NCBI GenBank assembly: GCA_951406725.2
Contig: OX597814.1
Coordinates: 132,122,001-132,186,000 of the forward strand
DNA length: 64,000 bases
Source of the DNA: Octopus vulgaris
Taxonomy: Eukaryota
Reading direction: 5' to 3'
The notes beneath the pieces were generated by a model that saw only the letters and a program-made list of their open reading frames with translations, ran no database searches and was not told the origin of the DNA. This document shows positions 40,025 to 53,100 of the stretch, piece by piece. Within the stretch, counting starts at the first letter, position 1. The number at the start of each line of letters is the position of its first letter. Made by a program: the position numbers and the translations under genes.

Positions 40025-40312
40025 GACAGGCTTCTTCCAGTTTCCGTCTACCGAATCCACTCTCAAGGCTTTGGTCGGCCCGAGGTTATAGCAAAAGACA
40101 CTTGCCTAGGGTGCCATGTAGTTGGACTATATCCGGCACCATGTGGTTGGGAAGCAAGAACATAGACATGCGTATATATGCGTGTGTGTATGTGTGTGTG
40201 TATGTATGTGTGTATGTTTGTGAGTGTGTTTGTGTGTGTGTTCGTGTGTGTCTATGAATGTATGTGTGTGTGTTTGTGAGTGTGTTTGTGCGTGTTTTTG
40301 AGTGTGTCAGCA

Positions 40313-40397
<85 letters not shown>

Positions 40398-40480
40398 GCC
40401 TTCAAATGGCTATGTACAGAAATACGGATGGAAGTACAACAGCATACGGAAATATGTCATATCATATAAGTTCTACTTAC

Positions 40481-40492
40481 TTTATACAGCAT
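40481..40492 (-). CDS. IL17: IL-17-like gene 3, coding part of exon 1 (MLYK)
   Basis: CAAGCGGGACTATA ATG CTG TAT AAA then GTAAGT; homologous to CAAGCGGAATTACA ATG AAT TAC AAA then GTAAGT of gene 4; phase 0. Confidence 0.75.
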
Positions 40493-40605
40493 TATAGTCC
40501 CGCTTGTAGCAATGTAAATATAGTCGATAAGTGAGATAGTGTACAGACTGAACTTCAGAGTCTTCGCTTACCACGTACATAGTGAGAGTACCTGTTTAAT
40601 GTTTC

Positions 40606-40710
40606 CTTATATACCTTGTGTAGAAATCAGCAGTAAAATATGTAAATGAAACGGTCGGAAGTGATAAACAATCAGCGGTAAGTAGATGTTCCGCCGTAGT
40701 TGTTTTTACA
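40606..40710 (-). promoter_or_regulatory. Gene 3 proximal promoter (TATATAAG at 40613-40606)
   Basis: Blocks CTTATATA, ATCAGCAGTA, AATGAA, CGGTAA, GTTCCGCCG and TGTTT are shared in order with 59872-60000. Confidence 0.6.
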
Positions 40711-41199
40711 TTCTTCTCCTGCATTGTGAGAGTTTTAAGTAGCTATTGTAAGTCTTTTTATTTACCTATTGATCCATAACTACGAGGGTGGCGCTTTAGA
40801 AGTAGTAGTGTTGGTATGGGTGTCACATACATAAATGCTTGAAGTTACCAGTAGTTCACTTCCTGAATACTGACAAAGATATAAATACTTTCGTATCTCT
40901 TACGTAAATCGTAAGTTATAAAATAAATCGTTGAATGGCAGATGTTTATTTGTCCATATACCACAAACAATCCCTGTTGGGAAGTAACCTAGAAATAAAA
41001 ATATTATGCAATACAATCAATTTTACGTTATGCTGTTGTCAATATATCAAAGCAATAAATCAATTTCAAATATATTGTTTCTATCTTTCAGAGCAACGCT
41101 TGAAATACTTTCAAATCAGATCAAGAAATATACATTATCATAGCAATTAAATGAAAGCTTATACTGTGGATCATGTTACTTAATTTTTTATTTATTTAT

Positions 41200-41505
41200 G
41201 AGCCCTTTTCAAGCCTAGCCAGGCTCATGGGCCCGATTTCCCAGTTTCTGTAGCGTATGTGTTCCCCACCAGCTGGACGGAACGCCAGTCCATCGTAGCG
41301 ATACCCTAGAAACAGGAAGAAAGAGTGAGAGAAAGTTTGTGATGAAAGAGTCCAACAGGGGGTCGCCCCCCCCCCCTGCCGGAGCCTCGTGAAGCTTTTA
41401 GGTGTTTTCGTTCAATAAACACACCCAACGCTCGGTCTGGGAATCGAAACCGCGATCCTCCGACCGCAAGTCCGCTGACCTAACCACTGGGCCATTGCGC
41501 CTCTA
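41200..41505 (-). mobile_element. SINE family B
   Basis: Reverse complement of 10826-11120; interrupts the alignment with the gene 4 upstream paralogy; CATGTTACTTAAT on both sides. Confidence 0.8.
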
Positions 41506-42128
41506 CCATGTTACTTAATATTCAGCAAATATTAAATTCAATTAATCAGGTTATTCACCAACTATAATATAGAAAATATGAGAGATTTGTCCCTATTTGA
41601 ACATGACAATGATTCAATGTGACCCTAGTAAGGGAAACTAGTACTGATTTTTGGAAGGCTTATAAACTTACTTCGTCCATTAAAGTAAGTTCCTAATAAG
41701 TTCCTTATAAATGGTTATTTTCGAAGTTGTTTGTAGAACTGCAATAAGAGAAGATATCATAAAGATTATACTATGGTTAAATGACAGCAAATAATCTGAA
41801 ATATGAGAATTTACGTGTGAGAATAACGACGGTTCAATTTTTTGATGTTGTATGTCTGTGTAAGTCTACGATCTGGCAGAATCGTAAGCACGCCGGATCA
41901 TATGCTTAGCGGCATTTCGTCCGTCTTTACGTTCTGTGTTCAAATTCCCACCGAGGTTGACGTTGCCTTTCCTCTTTTTGAAGTCGATAAAATAAGTACC
42001 ATCTGAACACTGGAGCCGATGTAGTCGACTTACCCCGCTCCCTTGTGCCAACATTTGAAACCAATATTATATGTGCATGTATTTCGTAAACCAAATTGCA
42101 CATCATGTATATAGGCATACGTATACAC

Positions 42129-42192
<64 letters not shown>

Positions 42193-42988
42193 ATACACAC
42201 ACATACACATACACACACACACAAGCACATAAGTATTGGCGCAAGCGTGGTTATTTGGTGATAAGATTGTTTCCCAACCACATAGTTCCAGGATCAGTCC
42301 TATTGCATGGCACCTTGGGTGTCTTCTACTCTAGCCACGGGCCGATCAAAGCATTGTGTGTCCTTAATATAACGTCAACAGTTGAGATCCAGAGATGCTC
42401 AATATAGGAAGCACTCAGTAGCACTCAAATGATTGGAACTTACACTCCTAAATCTTTCCTGAGAACTAAGTCCACTGGATAAAGAGTAGCTATAAGAGGA
42501 CAAACCAAGTGAGCAGATATTGAGAATGATGAAAAAAACAAAACAAATAAAACTGCTTGGGTTAGATATACAAAATATATATATACATTTATACATGTCT
42601 ATAAAGATAAAGCATAGACGACGAATATTCAATCATAAATATATCGATATTTATATATTAACAGAACAAACTTTAATTGAGTACAAAGGCACAGAAAATT
42701 AAAAGAGAGAGTGTATAGTATTACAGGTGCGACAGCTGCCACTGAAGGCTCGGAGTCATCTCTGTTTGCAGATGTATTTCACAAAAATATGCAACCAGTA
42801 ATGAACGCCTATAAACATTTAGTAGATCCGAGCATTGCCTTCAGGGTGGAAAGATAAAAATCTAACATTTCAACTCATAATACAGGGAAATTTAAAGGTA
42901 GAAGGAGTGAAGAGGAAGGGAAGCAGTAGCAAGCGGGATGGAAGAGTGTTGAACAAGGAAGGACATCGAAGTTGTCAATTTCTTACAC

Positions 42989-43505
42989 GTGGCTGTGTGG
43001 TAAGTAGCTTGCTTACCAATCACATAGTTCCGAGTTCATTCCCACTGCTTGGCACCTTGGGCAAGTGTCTTCTACTATAGCCTCGGGCCGACCAAAGCCT
43101 TGTGAGTGGATTTGGTAGACGGAAACTGAAAGAAGCCCGTCGTATATATGTATATATATATATATACATATATATATGTGTGTGTGTGTTTGTGTGTCTG
43201 TGTTTGTATACTGTGATAGCCTGGGCTTCCGAGGCCCATAGCTCTTCAATATCCTCCCGAATAACCTAACAGACCTGCATGGGATGGATGCAGATGTCTT
43301 TAAAATGAAACTGGGTCTCTTCTTGTCAGGTGTCCTAGATGAACCAACTTCACGGCAGGAGGTGCAGATGAAGGCAGCTGCATCGAACTCTCTCATGCAC
43401 CAGATGGCATTTGCTAAAAAGCATTCGTGAAGTAAAATCATGTAGGAACACCAAATGGCGGTGCCCCAGCATGGCCACAGCTTGTGGACTGAAACTATAT
43501 AAAAT
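42989..43505 (+). mobile_element. SINE A 5' half joined to a CR1-like LINE 3' end
   Basis: 42989-43205 is SINE A; 43210-43495 matches 45405-45685 (LFNILP..L..LH....FK.KL..FLS.V.DE). Confidence 0.75.
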
Positions 43506-43906
43506 AAAATAAATAAAATATATATATATATATATATTCTTATTTATCCGTGTACATGTATATACTTGTATGTTATATATGAATATATATGAGTGCGTTT
43601 TGTGTGTGTGCACACCTTTTCCTGACTTTTCGCTGCTTCTGTGTGTGTATAATTTTGTACTGAGTAAACGCTTGTGTTTTTGTACTATAGAATATATCTT
43701 TGAACTCCACATAAGCAGGTTATGACCTACTCATATTTAAATATATATTTGTTTACATTCATATTCCTATCGCTTTGGTTTCAGTCAATACGTTTCCGAT
43801 CCACTACTACTAACTGTTTATCATTTCTTACTTCCGACCCCCTCTCACCTGCCTTTTTTTCCGCTTAGAATTCTTGTCTTTTTCTCTTCCCCTTTATCTC
43901 TTCGGA

Positions 43907-43952
<46 letters not shown>

Positions 43953-44159
43953 ATATTCATTTTACTTTCGTTATAATGTTGTATATTTCTACATACACTG
44001 AACAGCAAAACAAACGCGATTTTTTCAAATGTCATTTCTATATGGTAAATTCTGAAAATTTATTTCGAGGATGCAAGTGTAAATATTCCAAGACGTGCTG
44101 GTTTATTGGCTGAGACTCAAATTGCAGGTAACCTTTCAACTCTCCTTGTAACAAGATGT

Positions 44160-44224
<65 letters not shown>

Positions 44225-44225
<1 letters not shown>

Positions 44226-45690
44226 AAGTAGAGCAGATGCCAAAAACTATAGGCCTATCTCTCTGACTTCACACATCAGCAAAGTCATGGAACGGATAGT
44301 CAGAAAGAAACTAATCGCATTCCTTGAGGAAAATAACTTGCTGAGTAATACCCAGCATGGTTTTCGACTAGTTAGGAGCTGCCTGACCCAGCTCTTACAA
44401 CATTATGACTGGGTGTTGAGGCAGTTACTCAACAAATCAAATGTGGACGTAATTTACCTTGATTTTGCAAAAGCTTTTGACAAGGTGGATCATGGTATGA
44501 TATGCCACAAACTGCGTGACTTCGGCATAGCTGGAAAACTTGGAGTGTGGTTACATGACTTCCTGAAAGATAGGAGTCAGGCAGTAGTGGTTAATGGAGC
44601 TACCTCTATGAACACACAAATAGTGAGCGGTGTTCCACAGGGCACTGTCTTGGGACCACTGCTTTTTATAGTGGCCCTCTCAGATATGCCCTCAAATGCC
44701 CGGATAGCCACTCAGGCAAGCTATGCAGACGATACGAAAGTCTCGCAGAAAATACAGAACCCCAGCGATGTTGCACACATGCAGCCAGCAGGAGTTGGAC
44801 TCAATCTACAGATGGGCTGAGGATAATAACATACAGTTTAATGCTGAAAACTTCCAGGCCCTGCGCTACCAGCATCCAAAACTGAATATTAAACTTACAG
44901 GATACACCGGTCCACAGGGAATTTCAATCCCAGAGCCTAAGTCTGTGAGGGACCTGGGTATCGACATGAGTGATTATACCTCTTTCGATGTGCACATTAC
45001 CAGGATGGCGACAAAGTGCAGACGACTGGCTGGGTGGATCCTAAGAACATTCAGAACCAGAGATAGGGAAACCATGATGGTCCTCTGGTGGACATTCGTC
45101 CTCAGCCGCCTGGATTACTGCTCACAGCTACGGTCACCCAACAGTGTAAAATTAACAGCGGACCTTGAAGCAATCCAAAGAAAATCGTCTCTTTGCAACA
45201 GCTCAGCTACTGGGAAAGGTTGAAACAGCTAAAACTCTACTCTCTGGAGAGAAGACGGGATAGGTATGCAGTAATATATGTCTGGAAGATCCTGGAAGGA
45301 AATGTGCCAAATTTTGGCATTGTAAGCTACACCAATGCTAGAACGTGACGACACTGCATAGTGCCAAAGATCCCAGTAATGCCATCACGCTTCAGGACCA
45401 GCTTCTGCAACAGCCTGGGTTCCAAGGGCCGGCAGCTTTTTAATATTCTCCCAAAGAGTCTCAGGAACTTGCACAAAGTAGATGTAGCAGTTTTTAAATC
45501 AAAGCTGGACATCTTCCTGTCGAGAGTCCCAGATGAATCTACCTCACGGCAAGAGGTGCAAATGAGAGTAGCTATATCAAACTCCTTCTTTACCAAGTGC
45601 CACATATTAGAGGAGGTTCTTCGTAATAACAGTGTAGCACAAAACGGCGGTGCATCAGCATGGCCGCAGTTCTGTGGTGAAACAAGAAAA
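44225..45690 (+). mobile_element. 5'-truncated CR1-like LINE (RT pseudogene)
   Basis: QHGFR, VIYLDFAKAFDKVDH, SGVPQGTVLGPLLF, YADDTK, RDLG, LDYCS; frameshifted. Confidence 0.88.
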
Positions 45691-45701
45691 AAATATATAT
45701 G

Positions 45702-45759
<58 letters not shown>

Positions 45760-45944
45760 TATATGTGTAGAAGACGTCATCAACAGTAAACAACATGAAA
45801 TAAGAAAACGAGTTCAATACGCAAACAACGAGAGAAAGAAATGGAAAACGGGACAAGTAACAAAAAAAAAAACGACCCTTCATCAGTTGTCGGCTGAGTA
45901 TCTACTCCGTATTACGAGCATTGAACGACAATATATATATATAT

Positions 45945-46330
45945 CTTACTCTTTTACTCTTTTACATGTTTCAATCATTTGACTGCAGCCATGCCGGAGT
46001 ACCGCTTTTAGTCGAGCAAATCGACCCCAGGACTTATTCTTTGTAAGCCTAGTGCCTAGTCTATCGGTCTCTTTTGCCGAACTGCTAAGTTACAGGGAAA
46101 TAAACACACCAACATGTGTTGTCAAGCGATGTTGGGGGGACAAACATAACCACACAAACATATATATATATACACATATATATACATATACATATATACA
46201 TGTTTCCGTCTACCAAATCCACTCACTTTGGTCGGCTCGAGGCTATGGTAGAATACACTAGCCCAAGGTGCCACGCAGTGGGACTGATACCGGAACCATG
46301 TCATTGGTAAGCAAGCTACTTACCACACAC
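45945..46330 (-). mobile_element. SINE family A
   Basis: Reverse complement of family A. Confidence 0.75.
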
Positions 46331-46350
46331 AATATATATATATATATATA

Positions 46351-46986
46351 CTAGCAGTATCGCCCGGCGTTGCTCGGGTTTGTAAGGGAAATAACTATAT
46401 AAGCATTTTTAGAGAGTTATAGCCAAAAAATAGCAAAAAATGCATTAAAAATGGAAAAAATATGATGGTAATTTTTTTTAAAAATCGTTGACTCATCGTA
46501 GACATTTTAGAGAGTTACTTCCCTTATATAATAGCGAAAAAATGCATTAAAATGGAAAAAAAACGATGGTAAATTTTTTTTAAAATCGTAGACTCATGTA
46601 GACGCTTTCTTAGCCATTTCTGTTTTGGTGTCTTCAAGCCATGAAGTCGTTGTTCTAAAAGAACACTGGTCTCCTTGACAACGCATTACGACGTTGATTT
46701 TCTTACACTCCCTTCCCCACAGGTGCAGGTGTGAGCGTGGACGCCAACTCCGCCGCCATCGACACACGAAAAATTATGCATTAAAATGGAATAAAAAATG
46801 ATGTTAAATTATTTTTAAAATCGTAGACTCATCGTAGACGCGCGCTAATATTCAGACGGGCTCGATATGAATCACGACTATAAGCTACCCGAATTTGGTT
46901 AAACTGTACCGCAAAATGTGGGAGTAGTTAGGAATCTAAATCGAAGGGGACAGACACTCACACAACTACAGTTTTATATATATAGA
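46351..46986 (-). mobile_element. Non-autonomous Helitron
   Basis: Minus strand begins A|TCTATATATATAAAACTG and ends with hairpin CCCGAGC AAC GCCGGG, spacer, CTAG|T; internal direct repeats (ATGCATTAAAATGGAA...ATCGTAGACTCATCGTAGAC, three copies). Confidence 0.8.
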
Positions 46987-46994
46987 TATACATA

Positions 46995-47360
46995 GCGCAA
47001 TAGTGGTGAGATATGACAGCAAAGAAAAGCATACATTCACTCTCTGCATGCAATTAGACTCGGAAAGTTCGTGAGGAACCCATTGACCCAATTTGCTGAC
47101 TTTTCCGATAGCACACAGGTGTCAATGAATGGTTGAATGACCAAATCCAAGCTTCTCTGCTAGTTCCTCAACAGTTACGATGATATTTTGTTCCACCAGG
47201 GTTTTCAGGATGTCCTTGTCGAGTTCTACAGATCTTTCAGGATGAGGCTCGTCTTCTAGGCTGTAGTTTATGGCTCGGAATTTCTGGAACCACCATTGAC
47301 ACTGCCTTACGCTTATTGTCCAATCCCCATATACTGCATTAATATTTCTTGTACTTTGCA
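46995..47360 (-). mobile_element. Mariner transposase N-terminal fragment
   Basis: RNINAVYGDWTISVRQCQWWFQKFR...SLEDEPHPERS...TVEELAEKLG...STIH; WVPH-like motif downstream. Confidence 0.75.
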
Positions 47361-47656
47361 CACATTTATATTCTGTTATTCTTTTATATGTTTCAGCCTT
47401 GAGGTTGTGGCCATGCTGGATCATGTGTGTGTGTGTCTATCTGTCTGTCTGTATGTATATATGTATATGTATGTGTGTGAACAATAATATTTTCAACAGA
47501 TGTGTTGCAAATGTATCTGATTGTTCTCAAGCTTCAATACTGTGTGTGTGTGTATGTGTGTGTGTGTATGTATGTATGTATATGTATGTATGTATGTATA
47601 TGTATGTATGTATGTGTATGTGTATGTATGTGTGTGTGTATGTATGTGTGTGTGTA

Positions 47657-47693
<37 letters not shown>

Positions 47694-48154
47694 ATGTATG
47701 TATGTATGTATGAGTGTATGTTTACTTTATTACTAATTACTCTCTTCCAAGAACATTTTCACTCACTCTTAGCTCTTAGCTTCCCATACATTTTACTCAT
47801 GTATCTATCAGCGTCATAGACAGAATACTTTCACTTTAGTCTTCCTCAAATCACTCTGTCTCTATTTACTTTCATTTTATTCGTTGCCCACTGTGTGTGT
47901 GCGTTTGCGTGTGGTGTAAACCAGACTAAGAAAAGCATTTGACACACACACCAGAATGTGAGTTTTCTGTAAATTTTGCTTAATTGGAGTTTAAATTTTA
48001 AAAAGTGGACCTGGCATGACGCGATGCATTGTACTCTTAAAACTGCTAGGTAAATTGTAATTGAAGAAATCCTATATTGTAGATTTGTATAACTCCCAAA
48101 GGGAGGCAGATAAAATCTGCCTTTTATAATAAGAGATATATATATGTATGCATG

Positions 48155-48234
<80 letters not shown>

Positions 48235-48632
48235 TCTACATTTGTACACACACGCACATATATACATACATTCACTACGCACGTACACCCACCCACACAC
48301 ACACACCCACACACACACACCCACACACACACACACACACATATATATATACACAATACACGCACACATACATACAGACGTACAAACACACACACAAGCA
48401 CAGATGCCCACATATACCTCCAACAAACAATACTCATACAGATACGCACACATTTATACACACATGGGCACAGACACACACACATTCTGCTGTCTTTGAC
48501 TATACTACTCTTCTGTCTTTGAAAATATCTTTCTTCACCCTTTTCCTTCCGGTCTTTCAAAATGTGACCTCGTGTGTACCGTTGGCGAATTTTTCCTCTT
48601 TCTTCCCTTCTCTGGATCTTTCCTTCTCCTAT

Positions 48633-48668
48633 GTTTCCGACGAAGAGCTCCGCTCGAAACGTTAGACC
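48633..48668 (+). ncRNA. Degenerate minimal hammerhead motif
   Basis: GTTT CCGACGA AGAGC TCC GCTC GAAA CG TT AGAC; the surrounding repeat is related to 36350-36520 (-) and 16660-16800. Confidence 0.5.
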
Positions 48669-48762
48669 CTCCTCCTTTCCTTTTTCCTGAGCGTCCAATA
48701 ATACTATATTTCTTCCACGTCCTCGCGTTGTTGTGTTTTTTTGAGCTTTCATGTTTGGATTA

Positions 48763-48820
<58 letters not shown>

Positions 48821-48871
48821 GAGAAGGCCAGGAAATGTGTGAGACGGAGATCGAAAGGACGAAGAGGGGAA

Positions 48872-48924
<53 letters not shown>

Positions 48925-49493
48925 ATAAATTTTGTACAACTCTATAATTCTTTCTTTTCTTCCATTCTTTCCTTCTATGTATTAGCCCTTTTAGACTTTC
49001 TTCGTTCATTCCCCTCTTCGACCTTTCGATCTCCGTCTCTCACATTTCCTGGCCTTCTCTTCATACTCAATTTCACTCCTCTTTCACTCCACTCTGTCCG
49101 TTTTATTTTTTCTCGCCCCTCTTTAAGTCTTACATCCCTACCGTAAGACTTTACTTCCATACACACCAGGTTAATTTAATTAGTCCTTAAGTCGAAAGAC
49201 ACCTGTTGTTATGTCCTGTTATTTGCATTTGTATTTGTATAACATTTGTCCTGTTTTTCTGTTCTTGTTTTCGTATGCATTCGTTGCTTTATTCCAAGGA
49301 ATCTAATGGTCTTAGCTTAGTTTTTCCTTAGGACTGGCCAGTTTGGATCAATCTCGAGTATAACCAGCCGAAATCGCAAAGATAAGCTGGAACTCGACTG
49401 AGGAAAGGAAACTCCGAATGACCGGTCCTTACTTTATTTGTATCGTCTGTCTGGATGTTTTGAGTTCTTGTCACATTTTTGTAGTTGTATGTG

Positions 49494-49551
<58 letters not shown>

Positions 49552-50199
49552 AAAGAGAGAGAGAGAGGGTGAGTGATAAGTTTGAGATACAGAGAGATTG
49601 TGTTTGGTTAATATGTTAACGTTTGAGATATTTGAATAGCCGATACTATATATATAGCCGTACAGGTATTGAAAATGCTATGGTATTTGTGGCAGGAAAG
49701 AAAGTTTAGTTTAAACTATTAATTCTTTGAGAATATGACCAGCCACGTTTTAAGATAATAACTATATAACTGCTAATGTTATGTGAATATGCAACTGCTG
49801 GTGATTTTAATAATGATAGGAATAAAAACAATTTGTTTTCTGATGCTATGTGAATATAAACTATTTTAGCGAAGCATGGTTTACATAAATACATTAGCAA
49901 TTGACTTCAACCGATATTCTTGAAATGAAAAACAGTCTAACATGGCTACAAAGTCAACGTCGCTCACTCTGTTTACTAAATTAATTAAGGGTAAGAATAA
50001 AGGATTAATTGCGCTCAAGATTTTGCTTGGTAGAATTCTTGTCAAGAGATGAAATTATTGCATCTGAAAAAGTAGTTATTTTACACATAGAAATACGTAA
50101 ATTCCTTATTTCTGCTACATTGATCCCGCCAATAAAGAGTTGGTTCTCTTAAATGAGCTTGATAATGTAAAATTACACGCAACATAACATATATATATA

Positions 50200-53100
50200 A
50201 AACTTAGATAAAACTTAGATATGTTTCGACCAAAGATTGGTCCAGGCCATGTCTAACTTAATAGCACCACCTGGTAGGATTATTCGAATCCTGTTTAAGT
50301 CAAGTTTTGTTTATGGTCCATTCAAGTAGTGAGTTCTTGTTGGGTGAGTTGTATCCAATTATGGGTGGCTTATCTGGTATTCTTTGAAGGAATCTATCCA
50401 GACTCCGTTTAAAGTTGATGGGATCCTTTTCCTCTTTGATCTCCCTCGGGACAATGTTAAATAGGGCAGGGCCTGTTGAGGAAAAGAAATTATGTTGCAA
50501 TGTACATGTATGCTGTGATCTTGAATTGGGCAGGGGACGTATGGCCCGTGGTCTCAGTCTTGGATTAACCTTGAAGCTAATGTTTAGGTCGTTTGGGCAA
50601 AGTTGGCGGTATATTCTCCACATCGTACAAATGATGTACCGCTCACGGCGACGCTGGAGAGAGTAGAGTTTCAAGGTTTTAAGGCGATCCCAATAATCGA
50701 GAGCAGCCATACCTTCAATTCGTTTAGTGAGTGCCCTCTGGGGTGACTCAATCCTGGAGATGTTTTGTATGGGGAGACCACAGTGGGCAGCAATATTCAA
50801 GGTGTGGCCGTACAAAGGAGGAGAAAAGTGGTATGATGACACCTTGTTCTCTGGACCGGATAGTTCTTAAGATCCAGGAACTCATCCTACGAGCTATATC
50901 GACCTTCTTGTTGATGTGTGCACTCCAACTGAGATCGTCATCAACAATTACACACAGGTCTCTGATATTGTTAGAGGCTGTGAGTGGTTCCCCTGAAGGA
51001 AGAGAGTATGGCTGTTTTAGTGAGGAATTTCTTCCAAAATGCATCAGCTCAAATTTTCCCTCATTCAGTTGCATTTTGTTTCTGTCTGCCCATTGACTCA
51101 CATCATATAGATCAGACTGGAGTTGAGTTCGGTCTGCTTCTTCATTGACGAGTTGCTGGAGCTTAGTGTCATCAGCAAATATTTTCACGTTACACTTGAC
51201 ACTGGAGAAGTCGTTTATGTAAATTATGAAGAGTAGCGGACCCAAGACAGTCCCCTGGGGAACACCGCTGGTGACTTTTGCTGGGCTTGAGTGGACTCCA
51301 TCAACTACAACATGTGTTCTATTCGCCAAGAAATACTTAATCCAGTGTGGAACTTTTCCAGGGATTCCAACATTTGCCAATTTTGAGAGTAGGATATTAT
51401 GGTCTACCCTGTCGAACTGAAGTCAAGATATATGACATCAGAGTTCGAACCTGTTCCCAAGGCTTTGAGTACATCTTCAATGTGGTGTAAGAGCTGTGTT
51501 AGACAGTCCCTGCCACAGCGAAAGTCATGCTGATTTGCATTTAGGAGTTTGTGGGTCTCCAGGAAGTCAGCTATCCTTGATCTTAACACTCTTTCAAACA
51601 CTTTAATGATGTGGGAGGTGAGTGAGATTGGGCGATAGTTGACTGCGAGGGATCTGTTTCCCTGTTTGAAAACCGGGATGACCGACTGGGATAGAAACTG
51701 TTTCGGCATATAACCTGCGTCTAACGAATTTCTCCAGAGGTTGGTCAGAGGGACTGCAAGTTGGTGTCTACATTCCTTCAGGAGACTAGCGGGGAATCTA
51801 TCAGGGCCTACAGCAGAGTAGTATTTGACCTCATTTATTGCTGCTACGATTTCAGTGGCAGTGAAGGTTATGTCTGAGATTTTATGTTGGGAGTCAACTT
51901 CGTTCGCTTCTCTTACGTCAATATCAGTGGGAACACTAAAGACAGAGCAGTATTGTTTCTGCAGTATTTCTGCCATTTCTTTAGCATCGTGTTGGGGAAT
52001 GCCGTTATCATCAATCAATGGCCCAATGGGTGAGACAGTGGTTCTATGCTTATTTGCATAAGAATAGAACACTTTTGGGTTCTGTTTGATGTTTTTGATT
52101 ATCCACTGTTCCTCCACAGCTCTTTGATTTTCAATGGAGGTTTTCATGTCGGTCTGCAGATGAAGTTTTTCCAGCTCTAGCCTTTTCATTGTTGTTGAAT
52201 GTGGATGTTGTGTGTGGGAATATTTTAATTGGTTGATTTTTTTTGTTGAGTCTTTTAATGCGCCTGATGAGTGTTTTTTTCTTTTTAGGGAGCCGGTTTC
52301 TGTTTGTGTTAGTAGATTTCGTGGGAGCGTGTTTAGAGCATGTATAGGTGACAATGTTTTCAAAGTGCTGCCACGCGTTCTCAATATGGGAGGAATTGAG
52401 AGTAAAAGACCAGTCGATGGAAGACAGATCCTTTCTGATTGCTCCCCAGTGCGCTTTGTGGAAGTTTATGTTGTCAAATGGGTGCCATGGAGTGGGATTG
52501 GCTGGTTTGGTTTTTATATGTTGGGAATTAAAATTGCAGAGTAACATGTCGTGGTCTGAGAGGAGAGTTTTTTCAACTGAAATACTGTGAACGAAGCTAG
52601 AGTGATTGGTCAATACCAGATCCAAGGTCGTTTTATTCTGCCTCGTTGGTTCGAGCACTAGCTGAGTCAGGAAGTATTCATCCATCAGATTAAAGAGCAG
52701 TTCTGTTGCTGCTCTATCTGATGTAGAGCACTTGCCTAACTTCAGAGTATTTGTGGGCCAGTTCACATGAGGGAGGTTAAAATCACCCATCACTAGTATG
52801 TTTCCGGAGTGGTACTTCCGAAGGAAGGACTTGACTTTGCTAAGGCACTCTTCAAAGCACTTTAGAGGTGCCTGGGGAGGCCTGTAAAGACCAACAATGA
52901 TTATGTCCTTGGCCTTGCTGAATAGTGATACCGATTCACAGTAGCCATTGGAAAATATGTCCTTGGCATCAAGTGAAAAGGAGTCATGGATAAAGATGGC
53001 TGTCCCTCCCTTATTTCGGTCTGTACGATCCACACGAACAATGGTGAAATATTTTATTTTCACCTCGGCGTCCATATGGGTGTTGTTCAGGTGAGTCTCT

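Noticed and set aside
40566-40580. Alternative exon 1 ATG TAC GTG followed by GTAAGC for gene 3
   Set aside because: Only ~26 nt from the TATA box, so at the likely TSS, and not conserved in gene 4, unlike MLYK/MNYK.
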